Source: Flavobacteriales bacterium UBA6693
Lineage (GTDB): Bacteria > Bacteroidota > Bacteroidia > Flavobacteriales > Weeksellaceae
Assembly (NCBI GenBank): GCA_002454815.1
Contig: DKJL01000010.1
Location: forward strand, 348,617 to 412,616
Reading direction: 5' to 3'
DNA length: 64,000 nucleotides
Shown here piece after piece: positions 26,511 through 36,013 of the stretch; within the stretch, counting starts at the first letter, position 1, and the number at the start of each line of letters is the position of its first letter. The position numbers and the translations under genes were made by a program. Below the pieces are notes generated by a model. That model searched no databases, was not told where the DNA came from, and saw only the letters and a list, made by a program, of their open reading frames with translations.

Positions 26511-26604
26511 CGTTTAATGTTTAATGCATTAAAAATATAAATAATAATGACACGCCGCCATTAAAATGTAAGCAGGCACAAAAACGTTTTCGGCAAAATT
26601 TTAT

Positions 26605-26612
26605 TAAATTTG
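26605..26612 (+). promoter_or_regulatory. Candidate -7 box (TAAATTTG) abutting the ruvX start
   Basis: Exact TAnnTTTG match ending 5 nt before the ATG at 26618. Confidence 0.35.
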
Positions 26613-26617
26613 CGCTC

Positions 26618-27031
26618 ATGTCACAAATTCTGGCGATAGATTACGGTAAAGCCCGATGCGGAATTGCAGCTACCGACGATATGCAGATTATTGCAGCAGG
26701 ACTTAGAACGGTGCCAACGGCTGAGCTTTTTACTTTCCTTAAAAAGTACATTGCTGAAAACAGCGTACAGGAAATCGTGGTAGGATTACCCACCGATCTG
26801 AAAGGAAACATGTCAGAAGTCGAAACAGACATCTTGGCTTTCATCGCCAATTTTGAAGCACAGTTTCCCGGCGTTACTGTGCACCGTTTTGACGAACGAT
26901 TCACCTCGAAAATGGCTTCGTATGTCATTTCGCAGAGTGGCAAAAGCAAAAAGAAAAGACAGGAAAAAGGGCTTATTGATCAGGTAAGTGCCACCATTAT
27001 CCTGCAGAATTATTTAGATCAACAAAGATGA
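26618..27031 (+). CDS. ruvX: Holliday junction resolvase-like protein RuvX (YqgF)
   Basis: The ILAIDYGKARCGIA N-terminus, the ..IVVGLP.. block, the DERFTS motif and the 137-aa length all fit RuvX. Confidence 0.85.
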   Translation: MSQILAIDYGKARCGIAATDDMQIIAAGLRTVPTAELFTFLKKYIAENSVQEIVVGLPTDLKGNMSEVETDILAFIANFEAQFPGVTVHRFDERFTSKMASYVISQSGKSKKKRQEKGLIDQVSATIILQNYLDQQR

Positions 27032-27600
27032 TACTACCGATACGCGCATTTGGAGATGCGGTTTTACGAAAAAAATGCCAAGATATAAAGCCTGATTATC
27101 CGGAGCTGCAAAGCCTGGTGGATAATATGTTCGAAACCATGCACAGCGCCAGTGGTATTGGTCTTGCCGCGCCACAGGTCGGGTTGGACATCCGTCTTTT
27201 TGTGGTGGATGTTACGCCGCTTGCCGACGACGAAGATTACGCAGATATTGCGGAAGAGCTGAAGGATTTCAAGAAGGTATTCATCAACGCAAAAATTCTG
27301 GAAGAAAGCGGTGAAGAATGGAAATTCAATGAAGGTTGTCTTTCAATTCCGGATGTTCGCGAAGATGTAAAACGTAAAGAAACCATCGTCATCGAGTATT
27401 ACGACGAGAGGTTTGTGAAGCATACCGATACTTTTTCGGATATTCGTGCACGCGTGATCCAGCATGAATATGATCACATCGAAGGAATCCTCTTTACAGA
27501 CCGGCTGAGTGCTTTGAAGAAAAAGCTCGTCAAAGGAAAATTAGTCAAAATCTCACATGGCGACGTCGCAGTGAATTATAAAATGCGCTTCCCAAAGTAG
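27028..27600 (+). CDS. def: Peptide deformylase
   Basis: The three deformylase motifs are present: GIGLAAPQ, EGCLS and HEYDH. Its ATG overlaps the ruvX stop (ATGA at 27028-27031). Confidence 0.92.
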   Translation: MILPIRAFGDAVLRKKCQDIKPDYPELQSLVDNMFETMHSASGIGLAAPQVGLDIRLFVVDVTPLADDEDYADIAEELKDFKKVFINAKILEESGEEWKFNEGCLSIPDVREDVKRKETIVIEYYDERFVKHTDTFSDIRARVIQHEYDHIEGILFTDRLSALKKKLVKGKLVKISHGDVAVNYKMRFPK

Positions 27601-27651
27601 AGCGTCCCGACTGACGAAACTAATAACAGATAATAACAAATAATAAATAAA

Positions 27652-28191
27652 ATGCAGTTAGAAAAAATAATTTCCATTTCCGGCAAGCCGGGTCTTTACA
27701 AGCTCGTTTCGCAACTGAAAAGCGGGTTTATCGTAGAAGAAGTTATTACGAAGAAAAAGGCTAGTATTTCCAATTCTTCTCAGGTGAGCCTGTTGGACAA
27801 TATCGCAATGTTTACGGTAGATAACGAAGTGCCGTTATTCACAGTTTTGGAAAATCTAGCAAAAGAGGAAGATTACAAAGAAACCATTTCGCACAAATCT
27901 TCTGAACAGGACCTGCGCGAGATGATGACGAAAGCGCTGCCCAACTACGATGTTGACCGCGTTTATGTTTCAGATATCAAAAAACTGGCGCAGTGGTATA
28001 ACATTCTGCATAAAGCCGGTTACATCACACCGGAAAGTTTCGTAAAAGCAGAAGGCGAAGAGCAGCAGGAAATCGCAATGCCGGAGCAGGATGCGAAAAA
28101 AGCAGCACCTAAAACGGAGAAATCTGCGGCACCTAAATCGACGGCGGCAGCAAAATCAGCGCCGAAAAGCACACACCGCAAACAGGGATAA
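27652..28191 (+). CDS. DUF5606-like protein with Ala/Lys/Pro-rich basic tail
   Basis: The N-terminus LEKIISISGKPGLYKLVSQLKSGFIVEE matches my recollection of DUF5606. The last ~45 aa are low-complexity AKKAAPKTEKSAAPKSTAAAKSAPKS. Confidence 0.55.
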   Translation: MQLEKIISISGKPGLYKLVSQLKSGFIVEEVITKKKASISNSSQVSLLDNIAMFTVDNEVPLFTVLENLAKEEDYKETISHKSSEQDLREMMTKALPNYDVDRVYVSDIKKLAQWYNILHKAGYITPESFVKAEGEEQQEIAMPEQDAKKAAPKTEKSAAPKSTAAAKSAPKSTHRKQG

Positions 28192-28214
28192 TTTCCCTCA
28201 ATTACAATATCAAG

Positions 28215-28251
28215 ACCCTGTCGTGTGTTTTCACTGCGGCAGGGTTTTTTA
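28215..28251 (+). terminator. Rho-independent terminator
   Basis: Stem ccctgtcg(28216-28223)/cggcaggg(28237-28244) with one G-U pair, then T6 at 28245-28250. Confidence 0.6.
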
Positions 28252-28301
28252 TATTTGACTGAGAAAAGTTATTATTTAAATTTAATTAAACTTTAGCTAA
28301 A

Positions 28302-29069
28302 ATGAATTCCAGAAAAGAACAACTTGAAGCTTTCGGCAGATTGCTCGATATAATGGACGAGCTGCGCGAAAAGTGCCCTTGGGACCGCAAGCAGACTTTG
28401 CAGAGTCTACGGCACCTGACGTTGGAAGAGGTTTACGAACTGACGGATTCCCTTCTCGAAGAGAATTTGCCCGAAATTAAAAAAGAACTGGGCGACGTAT
28501 TGCTGCATTTGGTTTTCTACGCTAAAATCGGAGCTGAAAAAGGAGCGTTCGATATTGCTGACGTCATCAATGCGCTGAACGAAAAATTAATCCACCGTCA
28601 CCCTCATATTTATGGTGATACAACGGTAAACACCGAAGAGGAGGTAAAGGAAAACTGGGAAAAATTAAAACTGAAAGAAGGCAATGTTTCGATCTTGGCA
28701 GGCGTACCGAATGGTTTGCCAAGCTTAATAAAGGCCTATCGGATTCAGGATAAAGTAAAAGGAATCGGTTTCGAGTTTGCCGATGCACAGGACGCCTGGT
28801 CGAAAGTAAATGAAGAGTTGGCAGAATTTCGGGCAGAAACAGAACTTTCTAAAAAAGAGGCGGAACTCGGCGACGTTTTCTTCTCATTGATTAATTATGC
28901 AAGAATTTCCGGGCTGAATCCAGATTCTGCACTGGAGCGTACTAATAAAAAATTCATCAAGCGGTTTCGGAAAATGGAAGAGCTCGCCGGCGAAAATAAT
29001 GAAGCTTTGGCAGATTTAAATTTAAATCAGATGGATGAACTTTGGGAAAGAGCAAAACCTTTCGATTAA
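28302..29069 (+). CDS. mazG: Nucleoside triphosphate pyrophosphohydrolase MazG
   Basis: Two MazG repeats are present. CPWDRKQT...EEVYEL..A and EELGDVLLHLVFYA form the first, with a second EAELGDVFFSLINYAR copy. Length is 255 aa. Confidence 0.88.
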   Translation: MNSRKEQLEAFGRLLDIMDELREKCPWDRKQTLQSLRHLTLEEVYELTDSLLEENLPEIKKELGDVLLHLVFYAKIGAEKGAFDIADVINALNEKLIHRHPHIYGDTTVNTEEEVKENWEKLKLKEGNVSILAGVPNGLPSLIKAYRIQDKVKGIGFEFADAQDAWSKVNEELAEFRAETELSKKEAELGDVFFSLINYARISGLNPDSALERTNKKFIKRFRKMEELAGENNEALADLNLNQMDELWERAKPFD

Positions 29070-29110
29070 ATGTAAATTCTGCGATAGAGAAAAAATGTCG
29101 AGCTAAAAAT

Positions 29111-29512
29111 CTATTTTTTTAACTGGAGAGCCGTAAAATAAAACACTGCCGTTAATACCGTTCTGAAGACCATTGCACCGACTGTTTTTGTTTCGTAAAG
29201 CCCTCCAGAATTTACATGCGAGAAGAGCAGAACGTCGGCGCAAAGCAGAATAACGATTGCAACAAGCAGTGGAAATCTGGCGGATTTTCTGTGCCGGACG
29301 ACATGATAGGCCGCACCCAAATACAGGAATCCACAGATCCAGTTCGCCCAGACGACGAAGGGTACAAAGTTGCCCTCGCGTTCGCGAATGCCAAACCAAT
29401 CGAATAAGACGGAACTGCTCATAAACAGGGTAATGAGCCCAAATAAAATTAAAGAAAGAAGAAGGATATTTTTGAGAATAACATTATCGTTCCGCAGCGA
29501 AGTAGGGTTCAT
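29111..29512 (-). CDS. Small integral membrane protein (about 4 TM), unknown function
   Basis: 133 aa with four hydrophobic segments and an ATG start. It lies downstream of the nuo terminator. Confidence 0.55.
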   Translation of the reverse strand: MNPTSLRNDNVILKNILLLSLILFGLITLFMSSSVLFDWFGIREREGNFVPFVVWANWICGFLYLGAAYHVVRHRKSARFPLLVAIVILLCADVLLFSHVNSGGLYETKTVGAMVFRTVLTAVFYFTALQLKK

Positions 29513-29671
29513 AGCAACATTTTTTTACATCGGTGGTTATGCCATAACGATGCCTAAACAAGCTGTATAATTGATTTTATTCTTTTTTAACAACTTATCA
29601 GCTTCAAGATATTTCGGGTAAAGCGGTTTATTTAATTTAAAATAAATGCTTTATAATCTTGACTTTTAAAC

Positions 29672-29702
29672 AAAAAAAGCGCAATTCTGCTGAACTGCGC
29701 TT
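29672..29702 (-). terminator. Rho-independent terminator of the nuo operon
   Basis: Stem gcgcaattc/gaactgcgc (29680-29700, one mismatch). On the minus strand it is followed by T7 (complement of A29672-29678). It lies 20 nt beyond the nuoN stop. Confidence 0.7.
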
Positions 29703-29721
29703 CAATTTTATTTAAATATAA

Positions 29722-31101
29722 CTAAAGCCCAAATTGTTTTGCAAAAAGATCCGGGAAAATTCCGACCACGATCAAAGCAAAAATGACAAACAGGGCAACA
29801 ATATTATAAGTGAGTGAGACCTTCTCCGAAGTTTTGAAGCTACTGTCCTTAGGAAAAAACATGACCATAATCAAGCGTAAATAGTATGCAATCGACAATG
29901 CAGAGCCAAGTACCGCAACCAACACCAAAAACGGAGCGTCGTCGATGGCCTGTGCGAACAAAGCGAATTTACCCATAAATCCGGCCGTAAGGGGAATTCC
30001 AGCCATGGAGAGAAGCGAAACTGCAGCTGCCACCGCAAGTACCGGCTCAGTATGTCCCAGACCGCTAAAAGCGGAGTAGGACGTGTCACGTTTCAGCTTT
30101 TCTACCCAGATCAGACACATCATCACGCCAACAGTTGCCAGGGAATAAGCAAAAAGGTAAAAAGCAAGATTGTAGCTGGACAAACTGTTCATACCATAGA
30201 ATATCAGCGACAGATAACCGACATGCGAAACTGAAGAATAGGCCAGCATCCGCTTCACATTTGTCTGCGCCAAGCCCATCACGTTCGCTAAAAACAGCGT
30301 GATGATGACCAGAACCCCCAAAATATTAATCCATTCTCCGGCGATTCCCAAAAATCCGATGGTCATCAGTTTAAAGAAAGCAAAGAAGGCCGAAATCTTC
30401 ACTACCGACATCATAAACGCCGTGATTAGTGAAGGAGATCCTTGGTAAACATCCGGGCTCCACATGTGGAAAGGTGCCAGGGATACTTTAAATGCCAACG
30501 CCACGAGCATCATAACTGCACCAAGAATAAACATTAAATTGTCGGGATGCTGAACGGCAAAACCATGAATTTCGTACAAATCAAAACTACCGGCACTTCC
30601 ATAAACAAGCGCAACGCCGAAAAGCAGGAAACCTGTAGCGAAGGCACCCATCAGGAAATATTTAATAGACGCTTCATTCGAGCGCAAATCAGTTTTTGCA
30701 CTTCCTGCGAGAACATACAATGGGATAGAAAGAATTTCAATACCGAGGAAAAGAGTCACCAGATTCTGAAAACCAAAAAGGATGATACCGCCACAAACTG
30801 AAAACAACATCAGCGCGTAAAGTTCCGACTGATGATTCCGGTGATTGCTAAAGGAAAAACCGCCGAGAAAAAACAGGAGAATCGTTACCACAAGCGTAAT
30901 TCGTGTAAAGAGCGCGGCGTTCGCGCCATACTCGAACATGTGCTGGTATTGCAAAAAGAAGGAAAGTTCCGGCAGGAAACTTACATAGAAAGCGATCATC
31001 AGGCCCAGAATTCCGATGTACCGCGAAAATTTCCCCTGTTCAAAAACTCCGGCGAACAGTGCGCACAAAGCTGTAAGGAAGATGATGATTAAAACGCTCA
31101 T
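29722..31101 (-). CDS. nuoN: NADH-quinone oxidoreductase subunit N
   Basis: 459-aa polytopic antiporter-like subunit. It is the last gene of the nuo array and is paralogous in pattern to nuoL and nuoM. Confidence 0.9.
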   Translation of the reverse strand: MSVLIIIFLTALCALFAGVFEQGKFSRYIGILGLMIAFYVSFLPELSFFLQYQHMFEYGANAALFTRITLVVTILLFFLGGFSFSNHRNHQSELYALMLFSVCGGIILFGFQNLVTLFLGIEILSIPLYVLAGSAKTDLRSNEASIKYFLMGAFATGFLLFGVALVYGSAGSFDLYEIHGFAVQHPDNLMFILGAVMMLVALAFKVSLAPFHMWSPDVYQGSPSLITAFMMSVVKISAFFAFFKLMTIGFLGIAGEWINILGVLVIITLFLANVMGLAQTNVKRMLAYSSVSHVGYLSLIFYGMNSLSSYNLAFYLFAYSLATVGVMMCLIWVEKLKRDTSYSAFSGLGHTEPVLAVAAAVSLLSMAGIPLTAGFMGKFALFAQAIDDAPFLVLVAVLGSALSIAYYLRLIMVMFFPKDSSFKTSEKVSLTYNIVALFVIFALIVVGIFPDLFAKQFGL

Positions 31102-31180
31102 TTAGTTTTTATTTGATAGATAATAAGGAGAGACTATTTTGAGGTGGTGTCTGCCTTTTTATATTTGATTGAACTCCAGT

Positions 31181-32674
31181 TTAGTTAGCCATTGAAGTAT
31201 AAATAAACCTCAGTGGGCTGCTGACCATATCAATGATCGGCTGCGGGAAGATCCCCAGCACGATGACGAACACTACAAGGCTGGCCAGTACTGTAAACTC
31301 TATCGCAGAAATATCACCCGTACTGCTCAGAATTTGCTCGTCGCCGGGACCAAACATTGCTTTGCCGTAAAAGCGGAAAAGATAAACTGCGGAAAAAATC
31401 ATGGTGGTGCCGGCAACTACCGCTGCACTGACATTATACTCGAAAATGGATTTAATTAAAATGAATTCGCCCACGAAACCGTTGGTTAATGGCAAAGCGA
31501 TGGAACCCAGCACGATGATCAGGAAAAGGACCGCAAACTTCGGTGCTACTTTTGCCAGTCCACCCATCTGCCGAATGTCGCGTGTCTTGAAGCGTTTGTA
31601 CAAAATATCGGCGCAATAAAATAAACCGACCACATTGATTCCGTGCGCGAAAGCCTGCACCATTGCTCCTTCGCCCCCCTGGATCGACAGCGTCCCACGC
31701 ATCGTTACGATGGCAGAAGCCATGATTCCGGCGGTGATCAAACCGACGTGTGAAAGTGAAGAATAGGCGATGATTCTTTTGGAATCATTTTGAATAATGG
31801 CGATCACGGCACCGTGAACTACGCCGATAATGGCGAGTACCAAAACAATTTTTCCTGATACTCCCAGCACTGCTTCTGGAGTGATCGGTAACAGATAACG
31901 CAATAAACCGTAAACCGCCATTTTTAGCATGATTCCCGACAGAAGCATCGAGCCTTGGGTTGGCGAATAAGCGTACGTGTCTGCCTGCCAGGAATGGAAC
32001 GGAAATATGGGCAATTTCACCGCAAAAGCGAAGAAAATAAACCAGAAGATAACCGTCTGGGCAGAAGTGGTAAGATCAGCGTTATATAGATCAGTTACGG
32101 CAAACGACGCCGAATGCGTGTAGAGGTAAATTAACCCCACCAGCATAAATAAGGATCCCACAAAAGTAAAGACAAAGAAACGTGTAGTGAACTGAACTTT
32201 TTTATCTTCCTGTCCCCAGATTCCGGCAATGAGCCAAATAGGGATCAGCGTGATTTCCCAGAAAACGTAGAAAAGCAACCCATCCAGAGAGGTGAACAGA
32301 CCAATCAACCCGAACTGCATCAAAAGAATCAGTCCGTAGAAGCTGTTTCTGTAGCCAGGCTTTTCATTAAAACTGGAAAGAATAATGAGCGGAGAAAGGA
32401 TATTAGTCAACAGTAACATCAGCATGCTCATCCCGTCGATACCGAAATGCAGCGTACTTTTGATGTAATTGGACCAGGGATAATTGATCTCGTACTGCAG
32501 GACGCCATCTACGGTAGGCCGAAAATCGAAGCCGGAAAGCAGGTAAAATGTAAGGAACATCTGCGCGAACGCGCTGCCCAGGGCGAGAAATTTACTTGCG
32601 GGATTTTTCCACGCGAACACCAAACCGGAACCTACAAGAGGTAATAGTAGTAATGTTAATAACAGATACGACAT
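31181..32674 (-). CDS. nuoM: NADH-quinone oxidoreductase subunit M
   Basis: 497-aa Mrp/NuoM-type antiporter-like subunit (..FAVKLPIFPFHSWQADTY..). It sits between nuoL and nuoN. Confidence 0.92.
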   Translation of the reverse strand: MSYLLLTLLLLPLVGSGLVFAWKNPASKFLALGSAFAQMFLTFYLLSGFDFRPTVDGVLQYEINYPWSNYIKSTLHFGIDGMSMLMLLLTNILSPLIILSSFNEKPGYRNSFYGLILLMQFGLIGLFTSLDGLLFYVFWEITLIPIWLIAGIWGQEDKKVQFTTRFFVFTFVGSLFMLVGLIYLYTHSASFAVTDLYNADLTTSAQTVIFWFIFFAFAVKLPIFPFHSWQADTYAYSPTQGSMLLSGIMLKMAVYGLLRYLLPITPEAVLGVSGKIVLVLAIIGVVHGAVIAIIQNDSKRIIAYSSLSHVGLITAGIMASAIVTMRGTLSIQGGEGAMVQAFAHGINVVGLFYCADILYKRFKTRDIRQMGGLAKVAPKFAVLFLIIVLGSIALPLTNGFVGEFILIKSIFEYNVSAAVVAGTTMIFSAVYLFRFYGKAMFGPGDEQILSSTGDISAIEFTVLASLVVFVIVLGIFPQPIIDMVSSPLRFIYTSMAN

Positions 32675-32677
32675 TTA

Positions 32678-34573
32678 CTATTGTAATATAAAGTTAACAA
32701 TTAAAATAATTCCGATGGCCAGTGACATGATGAGCACGTAATTCTCAACATTGCCATTCTGCAGGCGTTTTGCCGCGCGCCCCGAATCTTCTGCGCCAAT
32801 ACCGATGTAATCTGTAAAGCGTTTAAGAATTCCGATATCGAACATATTGCCGCCGACTCCCAAACCTTCAATAAATTTTACAAAGGTTACGTTATTCAGT
32901 TCATCAAAAAGAAGTTTTCGGTTGGAAAGCCGTTGCCAGCCGGTATATTCGTTATCCGGCAAAGCCATTTTTTTCTGTTTTACATAGATGTTTCTAACCA
33001 CCACCCAAACAACAAAAAACATGAGCACCGTAAGGCCAAGTAAAATCATTTCTGTGGCAAATGGCACTTCGGCTAAATCAACATCGTAAACGTAAATATT
33101 TTCTAACCAATCCGCCAGCGCCGCATAATTACCATGCCCGATGAAATGCGGGAGATTAATAAAACCGCCTACTACGGTAAGTGCAGCGAGAACGATCAGC
33201 GGTAAAGTCATATTGAGAGGACTTTCGTGCACGGCTTTTTCGGTTTCCGGAGTTCCACGGAATTCGCCATGGAAAGTAAGGTAATATGCACGGAACATAT
33301 AAATAGCAGTCATCGCTGCCACCGCAAATAAAATTGCCCAGAGATAAGGACTTTTACCGTAAAGATTCGCTAAAATTTCATCTTTGGAAATCATCCCGGA
33401 AAGGAAAGGAAAACCTGAAATTGCCAGCGTTCCTATAAGAAAAGTAAGGTGGGTAATTGGAATTTTACGACGAAGTCCGCCCATGAATCTCATGTCCTGC
33501 TCGCCACTCATTGCGTGGATTACCGAGCCGGAACCCAAGAATAACAAAGCTTTGAAAAAGGCGTGTGTCATCAGGTGAAACATCGCTGTCGTGTAGGCAC
33601 CAACGCCTACCGCAACGAACATAAACCCAAGTTGCGAAACTGTGGAATATGCTAAAACCTTTTTGATGTCGTTTTGTCTTAAACCAATAAAAGCTGCAAT
33701 GATCGCCGTGAGTAAACCAACAAATAAAATCCCGTCCATCGTGGTCGGCGCCAGCGAAAAGAGGAAGTTCGAACGTACTACGAGATAGATGCCGGCGGTT
33801 ACCATTGTCGCCGCGTGGATCAGTGCAGAAACCGGCGTGGGGCCAGCCATCGCGTCCGGCAACCAGGTAAATAACGGCACTTGAGCAGATTTACCCATTG
33901 CTCCGATAAAGAGGCTCGCCGTGATGAAAATGATGATGGTAGAATCGAGTTCGAATTTACCGGAATTTTGTGCTACAGAAAGAAAATCGATCGCGTTGGT
34001 TTGATAGGCGATCATAATGATTCCGATGATCATCCCCAAGTCGCCGATACGGTTCATAATGAATGCTTTGCGGGCTGCAGCGCCGTAAGATTTGTTTTCG
34101 TACCAAAAACCAATCAGTAAATAAGAACATAAGCCTACGCCTTCCCAACCAATGAATAAAATCAGGTAGTTGCTGCCCATTACCAGCAGTAACATGGAGA
34201 ATATAAAGAGATTAAGATAAGTGAAGAATTTATAAAATCCTTTGTCGTGGCTCATATAGCCGATGGAGTACAGATGAATTAAAGAGCCAATGCCGGTGAT
34301 AATCATAATCATCATCAAGGAAAGCTGATCGATCAGAAAACCGAAATTTACCTGAATTCCGCCAACACGAAACCACTCAAAAGCGCGGATGACCACCTGT
34401 GGTGAAGTAGAATCAAACTTTAAAAATAAACTTACGGCAATCAGGAACGATCCAAATACTACCGCCGTAGCCAAGCCACCGACGAACAATTTTGGCAGTT
34501 TTTTACCGAATAAGCCATTAATTAAAAATCCCGCAAGAGGCAGCAGTATAATTGCGTACACTAAATTTTCCAT
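32678..34573 (-). CDS. nuoL: NADH-quinone oxidoreductase subunit L
   Basis: 631 aa. It has an antiporter-like core (GKSAQVPLFTWLPDAMAGPTPVSALIHAATMV) plus the C-terminal lateral-helix extension typical of NuoL. Confidence 0.93.
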   Translation of the reverse strand: MENLVYAIILLPLAGFLINGLFGKKLPKLFVGGLATAVVFGSFLIAVSLFLKFDSTSPQVVIRAFEWFRVGGIQVNFGFLIDQLSLMMIMIITGIGSLIHLYSIGYMSHDKGFYKFFTYLNLFIFSMLLLVMGSNYLILFIGWEGVGLCSYLLIGFWYENKSYGAAARKAFIMNRIGDLGMIIGIIMIAYQTNAIDFLSVAQNSGKFELDSTIIIFITASLFIGAMGKSAQVPLFTWLPDAMAGPTPVSALIHAATMVTAGIYLVVRSNFLFSLAPTTMDGILFVGLLTAIIAAFIGLRQNDIKKVLAYSTVSQLGFMFVAVGVGAYTTAMFHLMTHAFFKALLFLGSGSVIHAMSGEQDMRFMGGLRRKIPITHLTFLIGTLAISGFPFLSGMISKDEILANLYGKSPYLWAILFAVAAMTAIYMFRAYYLTFHGEFRGTPETEKAVHESPLNMTLPLIVLAALTVVGGFINLPHFIGHGNYAALADWLENIYVYDVDLAEVPFATEMILLGLTVLMFFVVWVVVRNIYVKQKKMALPDNEYTGWQRLSNRKLLFDELNNVTFVKFIEGLGVGGNMFDIGILKRFTDYIGIGAEDSGRAAKRLQNGNVENYVLIMSLAIGIILIVNFILQ

Positions 34574-34580
34574 ACAATAT

Positions 34581-34910
34581 TTATCCTCTTAATTTATTAA
34601 ATATACTGATGTCGACAGACTTTGTATTCCGGTAAAGCATCGCGATAATCGCCAGTCCTACCGCTACCTCTGCCGCCGCAACGACCATGATGAAGAATAC
34701 GAGAATCTGTCCGTTTCCGTCTCCTTTGTAAGAAGAAAAGGCGGCAAGCATCAAATTGACTGAGTTGAGCATCAGCTCCACACAACCGAGGATGATGATG
34801 GCATTTTTGCGGATCAGTACGCCAAGTACGCCCAAACTGAACAGGATTGAACTGAGAATAATAAAATATTCCAGTGGCACGGCCTGTATAAATGAATTTG
34901 CTTCTCCCAT
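34581..34910 (-). CDS. nuoK: NADH-quinone oxidoreductase subunit K
   Basis: The ATG at 34910 gives a ~109-aa, 3-TM protein with the conserved membrane Glu (..CVELMLNSVNL.., ..AAAEVAVGLAI..). The track ORF extends 12 codons upstream into nuoJ. Confidence 0.9.
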   Translation of the reverse strand: MGEANSFIQAVPLEYFIILSSILFSLGVLGVLIRKNAIIILGCVELMLNSVNLMLAAFSSYKGDGNGQILVFFIMVVAAAEVAVGLAIIAMLYRNTKSVDISIFNKLRG

Positions 34911-34914
34911 AATT

Positions 34915-35409
34915 CTATAAATCGCGTTTACCGATAAGAACTGCACCGACGATCCCTGCGAGAATCAGGATGGACGCAAATTCGAAGGGTAACACATATT
35001 CGTTAAACAATAACTTTCCGAGATTTTTTGTAAGGCCCACTGAGGCGTCTGCACCCGTACCAAAGGTCTGTTTATTTAAACCTTTAAAAGCCCCAAGAAT
35101 ACCAATAAGCAGTAAGCCCGCGGTAAAAACGCCAATGAACTTGGTGAGGTTACCTTTCTTACTTTCATCTTCTTTATTTAAATTAAGCATCATCAGAATG
35201 TAAAGAAAGAGCACCATGATTGCGCCGGCGTAGACGATGATCTGCACAATACCAAGAAACTGTGCGTTCAGCAGAATATATAACCCTGCGATGGAAAAAA
35301 AGGTGATAATCAAAGACAGAATTGCATACAGCGGATTTTTCGCGAAAACGAAATAAAATCCGCTGGCGACGGCCAGAGCGCTGACGGCGAAGAAAATGAT
35401 CTGCTCCAT
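34915..35409 (-). CDS. nuoJ: NADH-quinone oxidoreductase subunit J
   Basis: The ATG at 35409 (MEQIIFFAVSALAV) lies immediately after the nuoI stop (35411-35413). The protein is 164 aa with 5 TM helices. The longer track ORF would overlap nuoI by 90 nt. Confidence 0.88.
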   Translation of the reverse strand: MEQIIFFAVSALAVASGFYFVFAKNPLYAILSLIITFFSIAGLYILLNAQFLGIVQIIVYAGAIMVLFLYILMMLNLNKEDESKKGNLTKFIGVFTAGLLLIGILGAFKGLNKQTFGTGADASVGLTKNLGKLLFNEYVLPFEFASILILAGIVGAVLIGKRDL

Positions 35410-35410
35410 A

Positions 35411-35959
35411 TTACTTAACTGTTTTTTTCTGCAATTCGCTTTGGCGGTCAGTAATATCAACACGCTCGTTGATCTTTTCCACCAGTTTATCTTTACCATA
35501 AACGAAACTGCCGCGGTTGGTTTCTACATCCACCAAACGGTCTGTAAGATAAATTGCCGACTTCGGGCAAGCCTCTTCGCAGAGTCCACAAAAGATGCAG
35601 CGCAGCATATTGATTTCATATACCGTAGCGTACTTTTCTTCGCGGTACAAATGTTTTTCGTCGCGTGTTCGTTCGGCTGCCGTCATGGTGATAGCTTCCG
35701 CAGGGCAGGCCACTGCGCACAGTCCGCAGGCGGTACAACGTTCCCGACCTTCTTCATCCAGCTTCAGGACGTGCAGACCGCGCCATACTTTAGAGCGTGG
35801 TTTTTCAACCTCAGGATAGGCGTACACTTTTCCTTTTGGCCCCTGCATGGCGTGGCGCAATGTAATCGCCATACCCTTGAATATCTCAGGCAAATATATT
35901 TTTTCCATAAAAGTCATCTCTTTATTAGAGACTACTTTCGATCTGTTTGTCAGTTTCAT
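35411..35959 (-). CDS. nuoI: NADH-quinone oxidoreductase subunit I (2x[4Fe-4S] ferredoxin)
   Basis: Two CxxCxxCxxxCP motifs are present: CTACGLCAVACP and CIFCGLCEEACP. Confidence 0.93.
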   Translation of the reverse strand: MKLTNRSKVVSNKEMTFMEKIYLPEIFKGMAITLRHAMQGPKGKVYAYPEVEKPRSKVWRGLHVLKLDEEGRERCTACGLCAVACPAEAITMTAAERTRDEKHLYREEKYATVYEINMLRCIFCGLCEEACPKSAIYLTDRLVDVETNRGSFVYGKDKLVEKINERVDITDRQSELQKKTVK

Positions 35960-36013
35960 ATTCGTAATTTTTAATGCTGATTATACAGCACAATCACACT
36001 TTTTCGGCTTTTC

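Noticed and set aside
31102-31180. 79-nt spacer between nuoM and nuoN, and the 62-nt nuoD-nuoE spacer with an imperfect hairpin (40867-40928), as internal regulatory sites
   Set aside because: The stems are only short (4-7 bp) and imperfect, with no T-runs and no promoter boxes. They are consistent with ordinary intra-operon spacers.
35396-35974. 192-aa plus-strand ORF covering nuoI
   Set aside because: It is antisense to a gene with two perfect CxxCxxCxxxCP motifs. It is Cys/Phe/Arg-rich noise.
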